Virus record (IMG/VR): IMGVR_UViG_3300044825_003095
Span: 1 to 60,305 of that record
Source of the DNA: a virus
Lineage: Duplodnaviria; Caudoviricetes
Reading direction: 5' to 3' (one strand)
Length of the DNA: 60,305 nt
In this document: positions 8,121 to 16,984 of the stretch, piece after piece
Layout: the number at the start of each line of letters is the position of its first letter
Numbering within the stretch: position 1 is the stretch's first letter
Translations under genes and position numbers: made by a program
Notes under the pieces: generated by a model
What the model was told of the DNA's origin: nothing
Seen by the model: only the letters and a program-made list of their open reading frames with translations
Databases searched by the model: none

Positions 8121-8167
8121 GGGTCGAATCCTCGTCGCGTTAGTTGACTAACAAACTGGTTGTGTGT

Positions 8168-8425
8168 TCAAAACATGGCGCGATCCCGGCGGACATACAC
8201 GCCGGCGTCGTGGCCGCCCCGGCGGATCTCCAGAACCACCGGCCCGGTTCGGTCGCCGATCCTGAACGTCTCCCACGTGCGATGCGCCGGCGAGCCCATC
8301 GACTCGATGGTTCGCGTCAGCGCTCGATGGGGTGCGACGCGGGACAGCGACGCCAAGTAACTCATCGCCGCCGCTCGATCGACGCGCTCTAGGGGTTCGC
8401 CGTTGTTTTCGTCGTCCAGCGACAT
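8168..8425 (-). CDS. Small early protein
   Basis: SD AAGGTG just after a palindromic site. Confidence 0.55.
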   Translation of the reverse strand: MSLDDENNGEPLERVDRAAAMSYLASLSRVAPHRALTRTIESMGSPAHRTWETFRIGDRTGPVVLEIRRGGHDAGVYVRRDRAMF

Positions 8426-8632
8426 TCTGTCACCTTGTGTTAGTTCACTAACAGCGCCCCGTCCGGCGCCCGGCGCAACAAGCGAGCGGGCGCGGGAACG
8501 GGGCGCAAGGGAAAACCGGATGCGCGATCTTCTCGCGTCATCCGGCCTGGAAAGGGAATCTCCGTCGCCCGTTAGTCCACTAACACCCGAAGGCGTTAGT
8601 TGGACTAACGGGCCTGTTCGGTGGCCGGTCGG

Positions 8633-9352
8633 TCATGCGGCAACGGCCATGTTGGAAAGGTCGGCGAGGAGCGCGACGGGCTGGACCGACTCGACGACAT
8701 CCCCGCACGTGACTTCGACGGTTGCCGCTTCCGCCGCTGCCGCGGCATCCTCGGCGTGCACCCGCTCGCGGTGGCGCAAGGCATGCGACACGTCCGACCA
8801 TCCGTAGACCGACTCGACGCACGCCAGCACGTCGATTGCGCCGTATCCGTCCGCCAGCATTGCCGCGAGCACCTTGGCCAGCGTCGCCAGCCGATCCGTC
8901 ACGCTCCGGCTCGCGCCCGTCGCACCCGCGACAGAAGCCGCGGCAGCCTCACCCGCTTCCTTCGCATCCTTCGCCCGCTGCGCCGCATTCTCCGATGCTT
9001 CCCATCGCGAGAGATTCCCCCCGCAGATCGCGACGAACCGTTCCTTGTCCCGAACGGTCGAAGGCGCGACGGGATACGCAGCGACCGCTCGCAGGTAGTG
9101 CGACACCTGAGTGCGATGGATGCAAGCCGCGTTGGCGACCGCACCCTTCGCATTGCCGGCGGCAACGGCTTCGGCGATCGCCTTCGCCAGCGACCAATGG
9201 CCGTTGAGAATCTGATTCCTCGCCTCACCCGCCAAGGTCGCAACCTTGTCGAGAAGAGCCGACTTGATCCCGTCCTCACGCACCTTGGCCTCACGCTCCG
9301 CAGCAGCCTTGCGGAGTCGGGTGGACGGGGAAGCGGTAGCAGTAGCGGACAT
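8633..9352 (-). CDS. First early gene, Ala-rich, possible HTH DNA-binding protein
   Basis: SD GAAAGGA downstream of the strong promoter. KGAVANAACIHRTQVSHYLR resembles an HTH. Confidence 0.65.
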   Translation of the reverse strand: MSATATASPSTRLRKAAAEREAKVREDGIKSALLDKVATLAGEARNQILNGHWSLAKAIAEAVAAGNAKGAVANAACIHRTQVSHYLRAVAAYPVAPSTVRDKERFVAICGGNLSRWEASENAAQRAKDAKEAGEAAAASVAGATGASRSVTDRLATLAKVLAAMLADGYGAIDVLACVESVYGWSDVSHALRHRERVHAEDAAAAAEAATVEVTCGDVVESVQPVALLADLSNMAVAA

Positions 9353-9430
9353 TGTGATTGTTCCTTTCCGAGGATTCACACGAACCGTCCCGCGCCCAGC
9401 CGAACGGCCGGAATCACGCGAGACAACACG

Positions 9431-9459
9431 AATGTACCCCGCGTTCAACCGGCATGCAA
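9431..9459 (-). promoter_or_regulatory. Major early sigma70-type promoter
   Basis: TTGCAT-17 nt-TACATT with an AT-rich UP-like tract upstream (9461-9492). Confidence 0.75.
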
Positions 9460-9499
9460 GGGATAATATTCGCTACATGCAGAAATATCTTTGGGTTGT

Positions 9500-10360
9500 T
9501 CGCTCGCCACGAACGCACGGCGCGAGTCGTTCGGGATGGACGCATGGGACGCACGCACCAGCGCCAATCGCCAGCGACGCACCACGAACCCCAACGGTTG
9601 ACCGCGCAGCACGAACCGCATAACCACGCGCGCGACGCACGCGCACGAGCGGATGAGGCGACGCGACGCGACCGAGCGCCGCAGATGGTGGCATGGGTGG
9701 GGGGATATGGATGCGTTGACAACTCCCAGCGCCCCTCATGGATGCCGCGCACGCATCATCATCGGTGATGGTGGCGGCGCTTGGGGTGTACCCACACGCC
9801 CCATTGCTCGCACGCCCCGACGGTCGCGCACGCACGGTGCGGCCGTGGCAATCGCGGCGTTGCCGCGATGGCCGCGCGGTACGCACGCGACGCGAGGCCG
9901 ACCGCGAAACCCCTGACGGCGGGGGTGTGAAGTGTTATGACACACCCCCTTCAAATACCCATATTTTGGGACACCCCTGGGGTTTGCTCGCCGCGGCGGA
10001 TGTCTGCGGTTGGTTGCCGGTGGCTGGGCGTGGCTGGTTGTCTGGTGGTGAACCATCCCTCAGTCCCCCCAGCCCCCCTTCTCCCTTCGTCGAGGCCGTC
10101 GCGGTTGTTGTTCCGGGCGGGAGACGGGGGAGTTGGGGGGTGTGGTCGTGTCGCCGGAATCCGTTGTGGGCGGACAAGCGACGATCGGCTACGGGCCGAC
10201 GGGGGTTGTGTTGGGTTGGCTGGTGGGATGGCGCCGGGGACTTTTCATCCGGGCGTCGTTCGTCCCCTGGGGCGCTGGTGGCTTGGCCTGGGGGTCCGCA
10301 AGTTGGTTGGCCGGGCTCGGCTGCGGGGGTGCCGCGACGCCGACAGTTGACGGCCGTTGC
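9500..10360. other. Non-coding region, candidate genome terminus or packaging site
   Basis: No credible gene. CGCAC-rich left half switches to GT-rich right half around a 9-bp inverted repeat at 9921-9949. Confidence 0.5.
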
Positions 10361-10693
10361 CTGGGCGGTTAGATTCCGCCCGGCTGGATGATGTGCCGGG
10401 TACTTGCGGTTCTCCGGCACGTTGTCTGGACGTTTGGACCTGGGACGGCCCGCTCACCGCGGGTCGTCTCGTTTTTGGGGTCCATGTCGGGGGTTGGGGC
10501 CTGGCGCCAGGTGAGGGGTTGGCAGCGCATGCACTCCAGTCGGAGGGCGTGGAAGCGTTGCCATGTGCGGCCGCAGCGCGACCACGCCCGCGACAGTGCT
10601 CCCGGAGGGAGGATCTGCGCGGGGTGGGCGTTGGGTGGGGCGATCGGCACCGTGCCGGGAACGTACGCCGGGCGGGGGGGGATTGCAAGCCGG

Positions 10694-10906
10694 TCAGTCG
10701 ACGGCGCGGAGCTCGAACAGGAAGTGCCGGGTCGTCTCGTGGTCGACGCTGCCGGACGGGGTGACCCAGCGGACGCGGGCGAAGCGTTCGGAGCCCTCGA
10801 TGCTCTCGAACGTCTCGAGGCAGGTGACGACGCCGACGTGCGTGTCGTGGTCCTTGGCGCCGTGCAGGATGTGGCGGACCCTCGAACCGGGTGCGATGTC
10901 GGTCAT
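10694..10906 (-). CDS. Small hypothetical protein (SH3-like)
   Basis: SD GAGGAGA; PGSRVRH...GVV...RVRW. Confidence 0.65.
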   Translation of the reverse strand: MTDIAPGSRVRHILHGAKDHDTHVGVVTCLETFESIEGSERFARVRWVTPSGSVDHETTRHFLFELRAVD

Positions 10907-12138
10907 GTCGTCTCCTCAAGGACGTTCCGTGGCCTGGCCAGTTCGTCAGACGGGAACACGGTCCCGCGTCGCTGGATGTCGTCCCGGATCCGCCGGCGGG
11001 CCATCGCGGCGTAGTCCGGATTGAGCTCGATGCCGATGCCGTTGCGGCCGAGGCGGTCGGCGACCATCACGGTCGTCCCGGCGCCGCTGAACGGGTCGAG
11101 CACGGTGCAGGGCACCACGTCGGGCGGTTTCCCCGCGTCGATCATCGCCCGGCACGCGCGCCCATCGCACGTCGGCTCCCAGCCCACTGTCTCCCGGCTC
11201 ACGCCGGCGACGGTGTTGGCGCAGGAGTTGCCCGTGCCCGCCTCGCCCGTCCGCTTCACCAGGTCGTTCGGCCGCGGTCGCTTCACCAGCCGCTTCTCGA
11301 CCTTGCGCCGCCACGGAGCGCCGCACGCCGCGCAGCAACCGTGCTCGCTCGTGCCGGCGCTGATGCACAGCCGCGGCAGCTCGGGCGGGAACGTGGCGAA
11401 ATGGGCCTCCTTGAAGCCGGCCGGCGCGATCCTCCACACCGACCGCCTGTTCCTGGAGGCCCGCGTCCACTCGGGCCTGTTGCCGCTGTAGGTCGTGTGC
11501 TCGCCGCCGTGGAAGCCGTTGGCCGCGTGCTTGATGCCGCCGATCGGCGGCATGCGCCCGACCGCCTTCATCGTCCCGTTCGTCTTGCCTGGGACGCGGT
11601 CCGAGCCGCGCTGCGCGTCGACGTCCTGCGACAGACGGTCGACGCTCGACTCGGCCAGCGGCTCCGCGATCGCGTCCGGATTGAAGTAGTAGCTCGGCCG
11701 CTTCGTGAGCAGGAAGATGTACTCGTGCGCCTTGGTGCAGCGGTCGCGCACGCTCTCGGGCATCGGGCTTGGCTTGTGCCACACGATGTCCTGGCGAAGT
11801 ATCCAGCCGTCGGCCTGCAACGCGAGGGCGAGCCGCCATGGGATGCCGAGCAGCGACTTTGGACGGATGCCGCAGCGGCGTCTCTCGTCCGGCCGCTCTC
11901 CGCGCCCCGTCGCGCCGTCGCTGCTTCCCGTCCGGTCGTCTCCGCCCGCGGTCGCGTACGAGTCGCCCATGTTGAGCCAGAGCGTGCCGTCGTCGCGGAG
12001 CACGCGCCGCACCTCGCGGAACACCTTCACCATCCGCGCGATGTAGGCGTCGGGCGTCGCCTCGAGGCCGATCTGCGGAGGAGGCCGGAAGAATCGCCTC
12101 AGATCCTCCGGAATGTCATCTTCGTGATAGAAGTTCAT
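10903..12138 (-). CDS. N4/N6 DNA methyltransferase (beta class), C-terminal fragment
   Basis: QIGLE.TP..Y, RVLRDDGTLWLNMGDSY, HFATFP and motif I VLDPFSGAGTT. Lacks the SPPY motif. Confidence 0.9.
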   Translation of the reverse strand: MNFYHEDDIPEDLRRFFRPPPQIGLEATPDAYIARMVKVFREVRRVLRDDGTLWLNMGDSYATAGGDDRTGSSDGATGRGERPDERRRCGIRPKSLLGIPWRLALALQADGWILRQDIVWHKPSPMPESVRDRCTKAHEYIFLLTKRPSYYFNPDAIAEPLAESSVDRLSQDVDAQRGSDRVPGKTNGTMKAVGRMPPIGGIKHAANGFHGGEHTTYSGNRPEWTRASRNRRSVWRIAPAGFKEAHFATFPPELPRLCISAGTSEHGCCAACGAPWRRKVEKRLVKRPRPNDLVKRTGEAGTGNSCANTVAGVSRETVGWEPTCDGRACRAMIDAGKPPDVVPCTVLDPFSGAGTTVMVADRLGRNGIGIELNPDYAAMARRRIRDDIQRRGTVFPSDELARPRNVLEETT

Positions 12139-12760
12139 TGGCGACGTTCCGCTTGCTGTGAATCCACCTGTGGCACGCCTCGCAGACGGAGACGATGTTC
12201 GAGAGCGAGAACCTAGACTCGGGGTTGCCTGCCCACGGCCGGATGTGGTGCGCGTGAATCCTCGTCGTCACGCTGCGCGGCGCGTGGCACCGAACGCACC
12301 TGTGGCCGTCGCGATCGAGGACCGCCCTGGCGATCTCCTTCCAGAAGCATCTCGCATACGCCGACTGCCTCTCTGGACTTGAGCCGTCGACCCACCGCGG
12401 GTTTCGGCTCCCGAAGCAGCCGTACATTGGGTTGTCGGCTCCTCGCAGTCCCCACCGCTTCGCCTTGCGGCACTCGGCGGTGGTCCGCCTCTTGATCCCA
12501 TGCTTCGACAGCCAGTGAAGGATCGCGTTCTCGTGAACGCCATGGTCCCCGGCTATGTCTCGGCACGATCTGAGCTTGACGACGTACTCGTCGACCAGGT
12601 ATCCGCGCTCACGGAAGATCGCGTGCGGGCGCCAGTGCGACCCCGCCATGAATCGACCCGTCTGCGCGTCTTGGAACGATGCCGCGGCGAGAGAGTTCCT
12701 TGTCGAGCCACGCCCCTTCGTCATGGGACAGATCGTCCCGAACAACTGTGGCCTTGTCAA
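12116..12760 (-). mobile_element. HNH homing endonuclease inserted into the methyltransferase
   Basis: RDGHRCVRC...HAHHIRPW...NIVSVCEACHRWIH; NPMYG/NPRW DNA-binding repeats. Start uncertain. Confidence 0.88.
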
Positions 12761-12884
12761 ACAAATATTGCCGCAGTCCCCAATAGGGAGGCGACGTGAC
12801 GACGCAGTGAACCGACTCGGGCGCCATCGCCCGAAGCGAGTCCGACACGTCTCCGACGACGATCGACCACCACGGAGCGGTCAA
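12609..12884 (-). CDS. N4/N6 DNA methyltransferase, N-terminal fragment
   Basis: IVVGDV...ESVHCVVTSPPYWGLR (catalytic motif IV). Confidence 0.85.
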   Translation of the reverse strand: MTAPWWSIVVGDVSDSLRAMAPESVHCVVTSPPYWGLRQYLFDKATVVRDDLSHDEGAWLDKELSRRGIVPRRADGSIHGGVALAPARDLP

Positions 12885-13021
12885 CCGTCCTCCCCGCCGC
12901 GTTCGCGCAGCGTCTCGAGCTCCGAGAGCTCGTCGGCGGTGATGGTTCCTTCGGCCTCGCGCTCCTCGAGCTGCCGGAGGCGCATGCGGTCCTCGAGCGA
13001 CGGTCGTCGTGGGTTGGTCAT
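12881..13021 (-). CDS. Small hypothetical protein
   Basis: MTNPRRPSLEDRMRL... fills the gap in the operon. Confidence 0.5.
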   Translation of the reverse strand: MTNPRRPSLEDRMRLRQLEEREAEGTITADELSELETLRERGGEDG

Positions 13022-13029
13022 GGGTGGTT

Positions 13030-13398
13030 CTACGGCCAGAGGGTGTCGGGGTCGAGGTCGGCGAGGATCCTCGCGGTCCGCTTCCCGATGCCCTTCTCCG
13101 ACGTCTTGCCGGTCCGGCGCCACTCGTCGTAGTGCGCCAGCTCGTGCGCGAGGTACTCGATCGACTTCGCGTACGAGTGGCCCTTCATGGCGACGTGGAT
13201 CACGACGCACGAGTCTCCTGGAGCCGGCTCGGAGAACACCGCCTTCGCGTCGTACTCCGATCGGGCCGGGTAGCTGATCCTGGCGCAGTCGTGGAACCAG
13301 ACGTGGATCTGGTGCTTCGGCCGCAGGAGGGGCAAGATCCTCGCCGGAAGGAGATGGGCGGCCATGCTGAACGCCGACTCGTTCGCCGGCCACGTCAC
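13030..13398 (-). CDS. Zincin-like HExxH metallopeptidase-fold protein
   Basis: IEYLAHELAHY; GTG start overlapping the upstream stop. Confidence 0.65.
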   Translation of the reverse strand: MTWPANESAFSMAAHLLPARILPLLRPKHQIHVWFHDCARISYPARSEYDAKAVFSEPAPGDSCVVIHVAMKGHSYAKSIEYLAHELAHYDEWRRTGKTSEKGIGKRTARILADLDPDTLWP

Positions 13399-13619
13399 CG
13401 ACACGACGGAAGTGCATCCGCCAGGGCCACCTGGAACCTCGACACCAGCGAGGAGCACGGCGCGCGGCCCAAGGCCCGAAGGATCACCTTGTCGTCCACC
13501 GCGACGCACTCGAACCGGAACAGCTTCCCCCCGCACACCACGAGCGGCTCCGGCCTTTTTGCCGCGAGCTCTCGCTCGAGCACGAACTCCACGTCGTCCA
13601 CCGTCGCGGTTCTTCGCAT
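13395..13619 (-). CDS. Small hypothetical protein
   Basis: SD TAGGAG, MRRTATVDDVEF... Confidence 0.55.
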   Translation of the reverse strand: MRRTATVDDVEFVLERELAAKRPEPLVVCGGKLFRFECVAVDDKVILRALGRAPCSSLVSRFQVALADALPSCR

Positions 13620-13627
13620 TGTCGCTC

Positions 13628-14395
13628 CTAGGCATGTGATTCCTGTGTCCTGTTCGATCGACGGCGCCTGCTGGCGGTCGAGAGTTCCTGCCAGAACGTC
13701 TGTGGGTTTCCGCTCGCCGCGGTCGCGGCGAACACGATCAGCACCCTCGCCGGCCGCTGCCAGGTCGAGGGCGGCTTGTCGATGTCGTCGACGTACTTGT
13801 TCACGAAGCCGCGCCCGCCGGCGGCGCGGAGCACGAGGTCCGTGGCGCGGTCGATCTGCTCGCCGGTCAGACCCTCGATGACCCGCCTCTCCACCTCGTC
13901 GTCCTGCCTGCACAGGCGACCGACCGCCTCCGGGTCGGCGCCGCACGGCTCGACGAGCCGGTCGCCCTCGACCTCGAGCTGGAACCCGCCGGGGCGGTCC
14001 GGAGTCCTGCCGACGATCCGCAGGCGGCTCTGGAAGTGCTCGGGCACCGAGCAGGCGAACGCGACGGCGTCCTTCTCGCTCGTGAAGCGGTGCGCCGTGC
14101 TGTAGAACGTGTCGCGCTTGTCGGGCACCAGGACGTCGTACGTCGCCGATCCGGGGCCGGCGGATGCCGCGACCCTCAGCTTCTCGTACCGCTCGAGCAC
14201 GTCGGCGATCGGGGCGTCGTCTCCCCTGCGGGCGTTCCGCGAGTCCGTCACGGCCTTCCGGAACATCGCGGCGTCGCGGGCGGTGATCTCGTCCACCCAG
14301 TGCTGGAGCGCCACGGCGTCGGTCCTCGACTTCCACCGCGGGAACAGCGAGACGACGAACTGCACGATCTCCTCCGCCTCGCGCCTGCTGGTCAT
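13628..14395 (-). CDS. Putative helicase loader/inhibitor-like protein
   Basis: Follows the initiator; N-terminus MTSRREAEEIV...FP.W...W...AV...P.IAD resembles G39P-like domains. Confidence 0.5.
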   Translation of the reverse strand: MTSRREAEEIVQFVVSLFPRWKSRTDAVALQHWVDEITARDAAMFRKAVTDSRNARRGDDAPIADVLERYEKLRVAASAGPGSATYDVLVPDKRDTFYSTAHRFTSEKDAVAFACSVPEHFQSRLRIVGRTPDRPGGFQLEVEGDRLVEPCGADPEAVGRLCRQDDEVERRVIEGLTGEQIDRATDLVLRAAGGRGFVNKYVDDIDKPPSTWQRPARVLIVFAATAASGNPQTFWQELSTASRRRRSNRTQESHA

Positions 14396-15351
14396 GCTCC
14401 CCTCGCCTTCGACAAGATCTCGCTCACGTTCACCTGCGGCTCCTCGGCCGCCTGCTTCCTGCCGCCCCACGCCTCCCTCGGCTCGGTCCAGAAGTCGTTG
14501 GCCAGCAGGGTCGTCGGTGCCCGGAAGTAGGCGCCGGAACCCTCCGGGCTGGCGAAGTACGCCCTGAACGCCTCGACGAGCCCCTGCTGGGACGCGCCGC
14601 GTCCCATGGCAGCGATGCACTCGCTCAGGAAGTCCATCCGGTTCCGCTGCTGCGCCGCCGGGAGCGACTGGAAGATCGGGAACACCGTCGAACGCATCGC
14701 GAACTGGTCGGATGCCGTCACGTCGGCCGCTCGCGTCGGGAGCTGCTCCGCCCGCAAGGGGGTAGGGGGTTTGTATTTCCCTGTTGTTCCTTCTGCTTCT
14801 GCTTCTGCTTCTGCTTGCGTGATGTCACGCGCTCGCGTCACGCTTTTGGCGCTCGCGTCACAGAGAGAACCAGAAACCAAAGGCTCAGAGTCAGATGCAG
14901 ATACAGATACATACTGCATGGGCTTATTCTGCTTACTCTCAGCAGAATCAGCAGAATCAGCCGCGGAAGATGACGCAGCCGCTCGCCTCCGCTCCTTGTA
15001 GTTCCTCTGCGCCACCCGGTTCTGCTCTCGCCGGTCCTCCTCGTTCTTGATCCGGCGGTACTTCCCGTGGTTGACGATCTGCCACCCCCAGTTGCGGTGC
15101 TCGTCGAGCCGGACGATCCGCCTGCCGCCCATCTCCTGCGACCTCGATTCGATGTCCGGCGCCTCGAGATTGGCGATCGCCGCCCATACCTCGTCGACCG
15201 TCAGGCCCGTCTCGTCGGCCATCGTCCTCGGGTGTCGATCGACGGTCCCGTCCTTGGACGCGAATGCCAGCATGTTCGTGAACACGAGGATCTCGTGGGC
15301 ACGACCTCGCATGGTCCCCTCATACAACGATGCAAAGAGCTTACCGTACAT
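14392..15351 (-). CDS. Phage replication initiator (replisome organiser-like) with internal iterons
   Basis: MYGKLFASLYEG...LEAPDIESRS...GRRI...WQIVNHGKYR...RREQNRVAQ, then QAEAEAEAE linker. Confidence 0.8.
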   Translation of the reverse strand: MYGKLFASLYEGTMRGRAHEILVFTNMLAFASKDGTVDRHPRTMADETGLTVDEVWAAIANLEAPDIESRSQEMGGRRIVRLDEHRNWGWQIVNHGKYRRIKNEEDRREQNRVAQRNYKERRRAAASSSAADSADSAESKQNKPMQYVSVSASDSEPLVSGSLCDASAKSVTRARDITQAEAEAEAEGTTGKYKPPTPLRAEQLPTRAADVTASDQFAMRSTVFPIFQSLPAAQQRNRMDFLSECIAAMGRGASQQGLVEAFRAYFASPEGSGAYFRAPTTLLANDFWTEPREAWGGRKQAAEEPQVNVSEILSKARGA

Positions 15352-15358
15352 GAGAATC

Positions 15359-15387
15359 ATCATACATGCTGATAGTCAGCGTGTCAA
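15359..15387 (-). promoter_or_regulatory. Sigma70-type promoter for the initiator, with palindrome in the spacer
   Basis: TTGACA-17 nt-TATGAT, 7 nt before ATG; spacer contains GCTGA-CTA-TCAGC. Confidence 0.8.
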
Positions 15388-15388
15388 G

Positions 15389-15730
15389 CTAAAACAGCTT
15401 TGGCGTCGCCTTCGCCGCGTTCTTGATCCCGACGTTCTCCTCGTCCTTGTGCCGGAACGACGAGCAGATCGGGCGGCCGTTCTCGGTGTGGCGGAGCTGC
15501 GGCGGCGTCCGCTGGGCGGTGCCGGCCAACACGGGCTTGGCGATGATGCACTCGCCGCCGGCCCAATACCGGCAGGTGGGGCACTTCTCGGCCAGCCCCT
15601 TGAGGAGCTCCGGACGATCGATGATCGGGAGCCCCTGTCGGTCCTCCCGGACGGGAACGTGCGGGATCGTTCTGGACATGGCGGGTTCCACGGGGAACCG
15701 CCGGACGCGGTCCTCACCAATACCGGCCAA
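15389..15730 (-). CDS. Cys-containing hypothetical protein
   Basis: CPTCRYW...C...C; true start probably MSRTIPH. Confidence 0.55.
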   Translation of the reverse strand: MAGIGEDRVRRFPVEPAMSRTIPHVPVREDRQGLPIIDRPELLKGLAEKCPTCRYWAGGECIIAKPVLAGTAQRTPPQLRHTENGRPICSSFRHKDEENVGIKNAAKATPKLF

Positions 15731-15836
15731 GGAGTCGGGAGGACCGCGGTCGCGGCGGGGGGGCTGGAATGTGAATGGTCCCTTGGCCGGGAGACGCAGG
15801 ATACCACGAAGGCACGTGGGTTCAAGCCCGATCGAA

Positions 15837-16622
15837 TCAGATCTCCACCCGCATCGCGCCTTTCTCCATCGCGCGGCCGAGCGGGCTCCGGTCCTTCCAG
15901 CCGGCGGCCTCGACCTCGTCCGAGGTCATGCCTTGCGGCAGGATCGGGTTGGCGGGGCGACGGCCGGTGCGGGCGAACTTCACCACGCGGTCCGGGGCGA
16001 TGCCGCGGGCTCGGAGGTTCTGCCCGAGCACCGCGATGTAGAACCGAAGCGCCCGCTCGATCGTCATGGGCAGCCGGGTCCGCGCCTCCGCGATCGCCGA
16101 GGCGCCGACGTTCAGCTCCGGGTCGGCGTCGCAGAACAGCCAGATCAGGGCGTACTCGAGGGAGCACGCCGCCCACGCCAGATCCTCCCGCCTCCGGTCG
16201 AGGTTCCGCTCCACGTTCGCGGCGTACTTGCGCCTCCACTTGGCCATCGGGACGTCGTCGGAAAGCCCGAGCGCCGCGAGCGCCATCATCTCGTCGAGCG
16301 ACAGGATCCCGTTCGCCTGGTCCCATTCGTTGCACACGCGGCGCAGCCGGTCCCTCGCCTCGTCCCTCGCGGTGCGGGACTTCTGCCACTTGCGGTCGGA
16401 CTGCGTGTCCGGCTCGAGGAACCTGGAGATCCGCGAGCGGACCCCGGTGCTCCTGGCGGTCAGCCCGGACGGCATGATCCGCTTCGCCGACAGCAGGTGG
16501 TCGACCATCGTCAGGCGGGCGTTCCTCTCGGCGCGGGACATGCGCACCCCCGCCGGCGGCGCGATCGCGCTCTCCTTGACCGCCTGCAACCTTCGCGTCC
16601 CGGCCCTGCTCAGCTTCGGCAT
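15837..16622 (-). CDS. Basic hypothetical protein
   Basis: 261 aa ORF divergent from groES, with TAGCAT 6 nt upstream. Confidence 0.65.
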   Translation of the reverse strand: MPKLSRAGTRRLQAVKESAIAPPAGVRMSRAERNARLTMVDHLLSAKRIMPSGLTARSTGVRSRISRFLEPDTQSDRKWQKSRTARDEARDRLRRVCNEWDQANGILSLDEMMALAALGLSDDVPMAKWRRKYAANVERNLDRRREDLAWAACSLEYALIWLFCDADPELNVGASAIAEARTRLPMTIERALRFYIAVLGQNLRARGIAPDRVVKFARTGRRPANPILPQGMTSDEVEAAGWKDRSPLGRAMEKGAMRVEI

Positions 16623-16642
16623 CGTGTTATGCTAACGACCGA

Positions 16643-16984
16643 ATGCCAACAGCAGAACTCAACGGAGAGTCCACGATCGCCCGCGCCGACCGATGCGCCC
16701 GCGACGTGAACCGCGTCGTCCTCCCGCGCGGCATCGCGATCTACGCGCTGCGCGACCCCGCCGACGAGATGCAGGGCGTGATCCACCTGCCCAACCAGGC
16801 GCAGCGGATCAAGACGACCGCGACCATCGTCGCCGTCGGCCCCGACGCGAAGGGCGTCTCGATCGGCCAGCGCGTGATCCTGCTGGGCGGCTACAAGGTC
16901 GAGCTCGTCGTCTCCGGATGGAAGCTCGAGATCGTGTCCGAGGACGACATCGGCGGCGTCATCGTGCCCGGCGCCGAGCTCTAG
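16643..16984 (+). CDS. groES: GroES/Cpn10-like co-chaperonin
   Basis: GVIHLP...ATIVAVGPD...VSIGQRVIL...IVSEDDIGGVI. Confidence 0.8.
   Translation: MPTAELNGESTIARADRCARDVNRVVLPRGIAIYALRDPADEMQGVIHLPNQAQRIKTTATIVAVGPDAKGVSIGQRVILLGGYKVELVVSGWKLEIVSEDDIGGVIVPGAEL

Larger units (their letters stand above)
6475..8609. promoter_or_regulatory. Six palindromic GTTAGT-N2/3-ACTAAC operator-like sites
   Basis: At 6475-6488, 7100-7113, 8139-8152, 8439-8452, 8571-8584 and 8595-8609; half site at 3049. All are at gene boundaries. Confidence 0.8.

Noticed and set aside
15815-15832. GGGTTCAAGCCC T-arm-like hairpin
   Set aside because: No acceptor, D or anticodon arms could be built.
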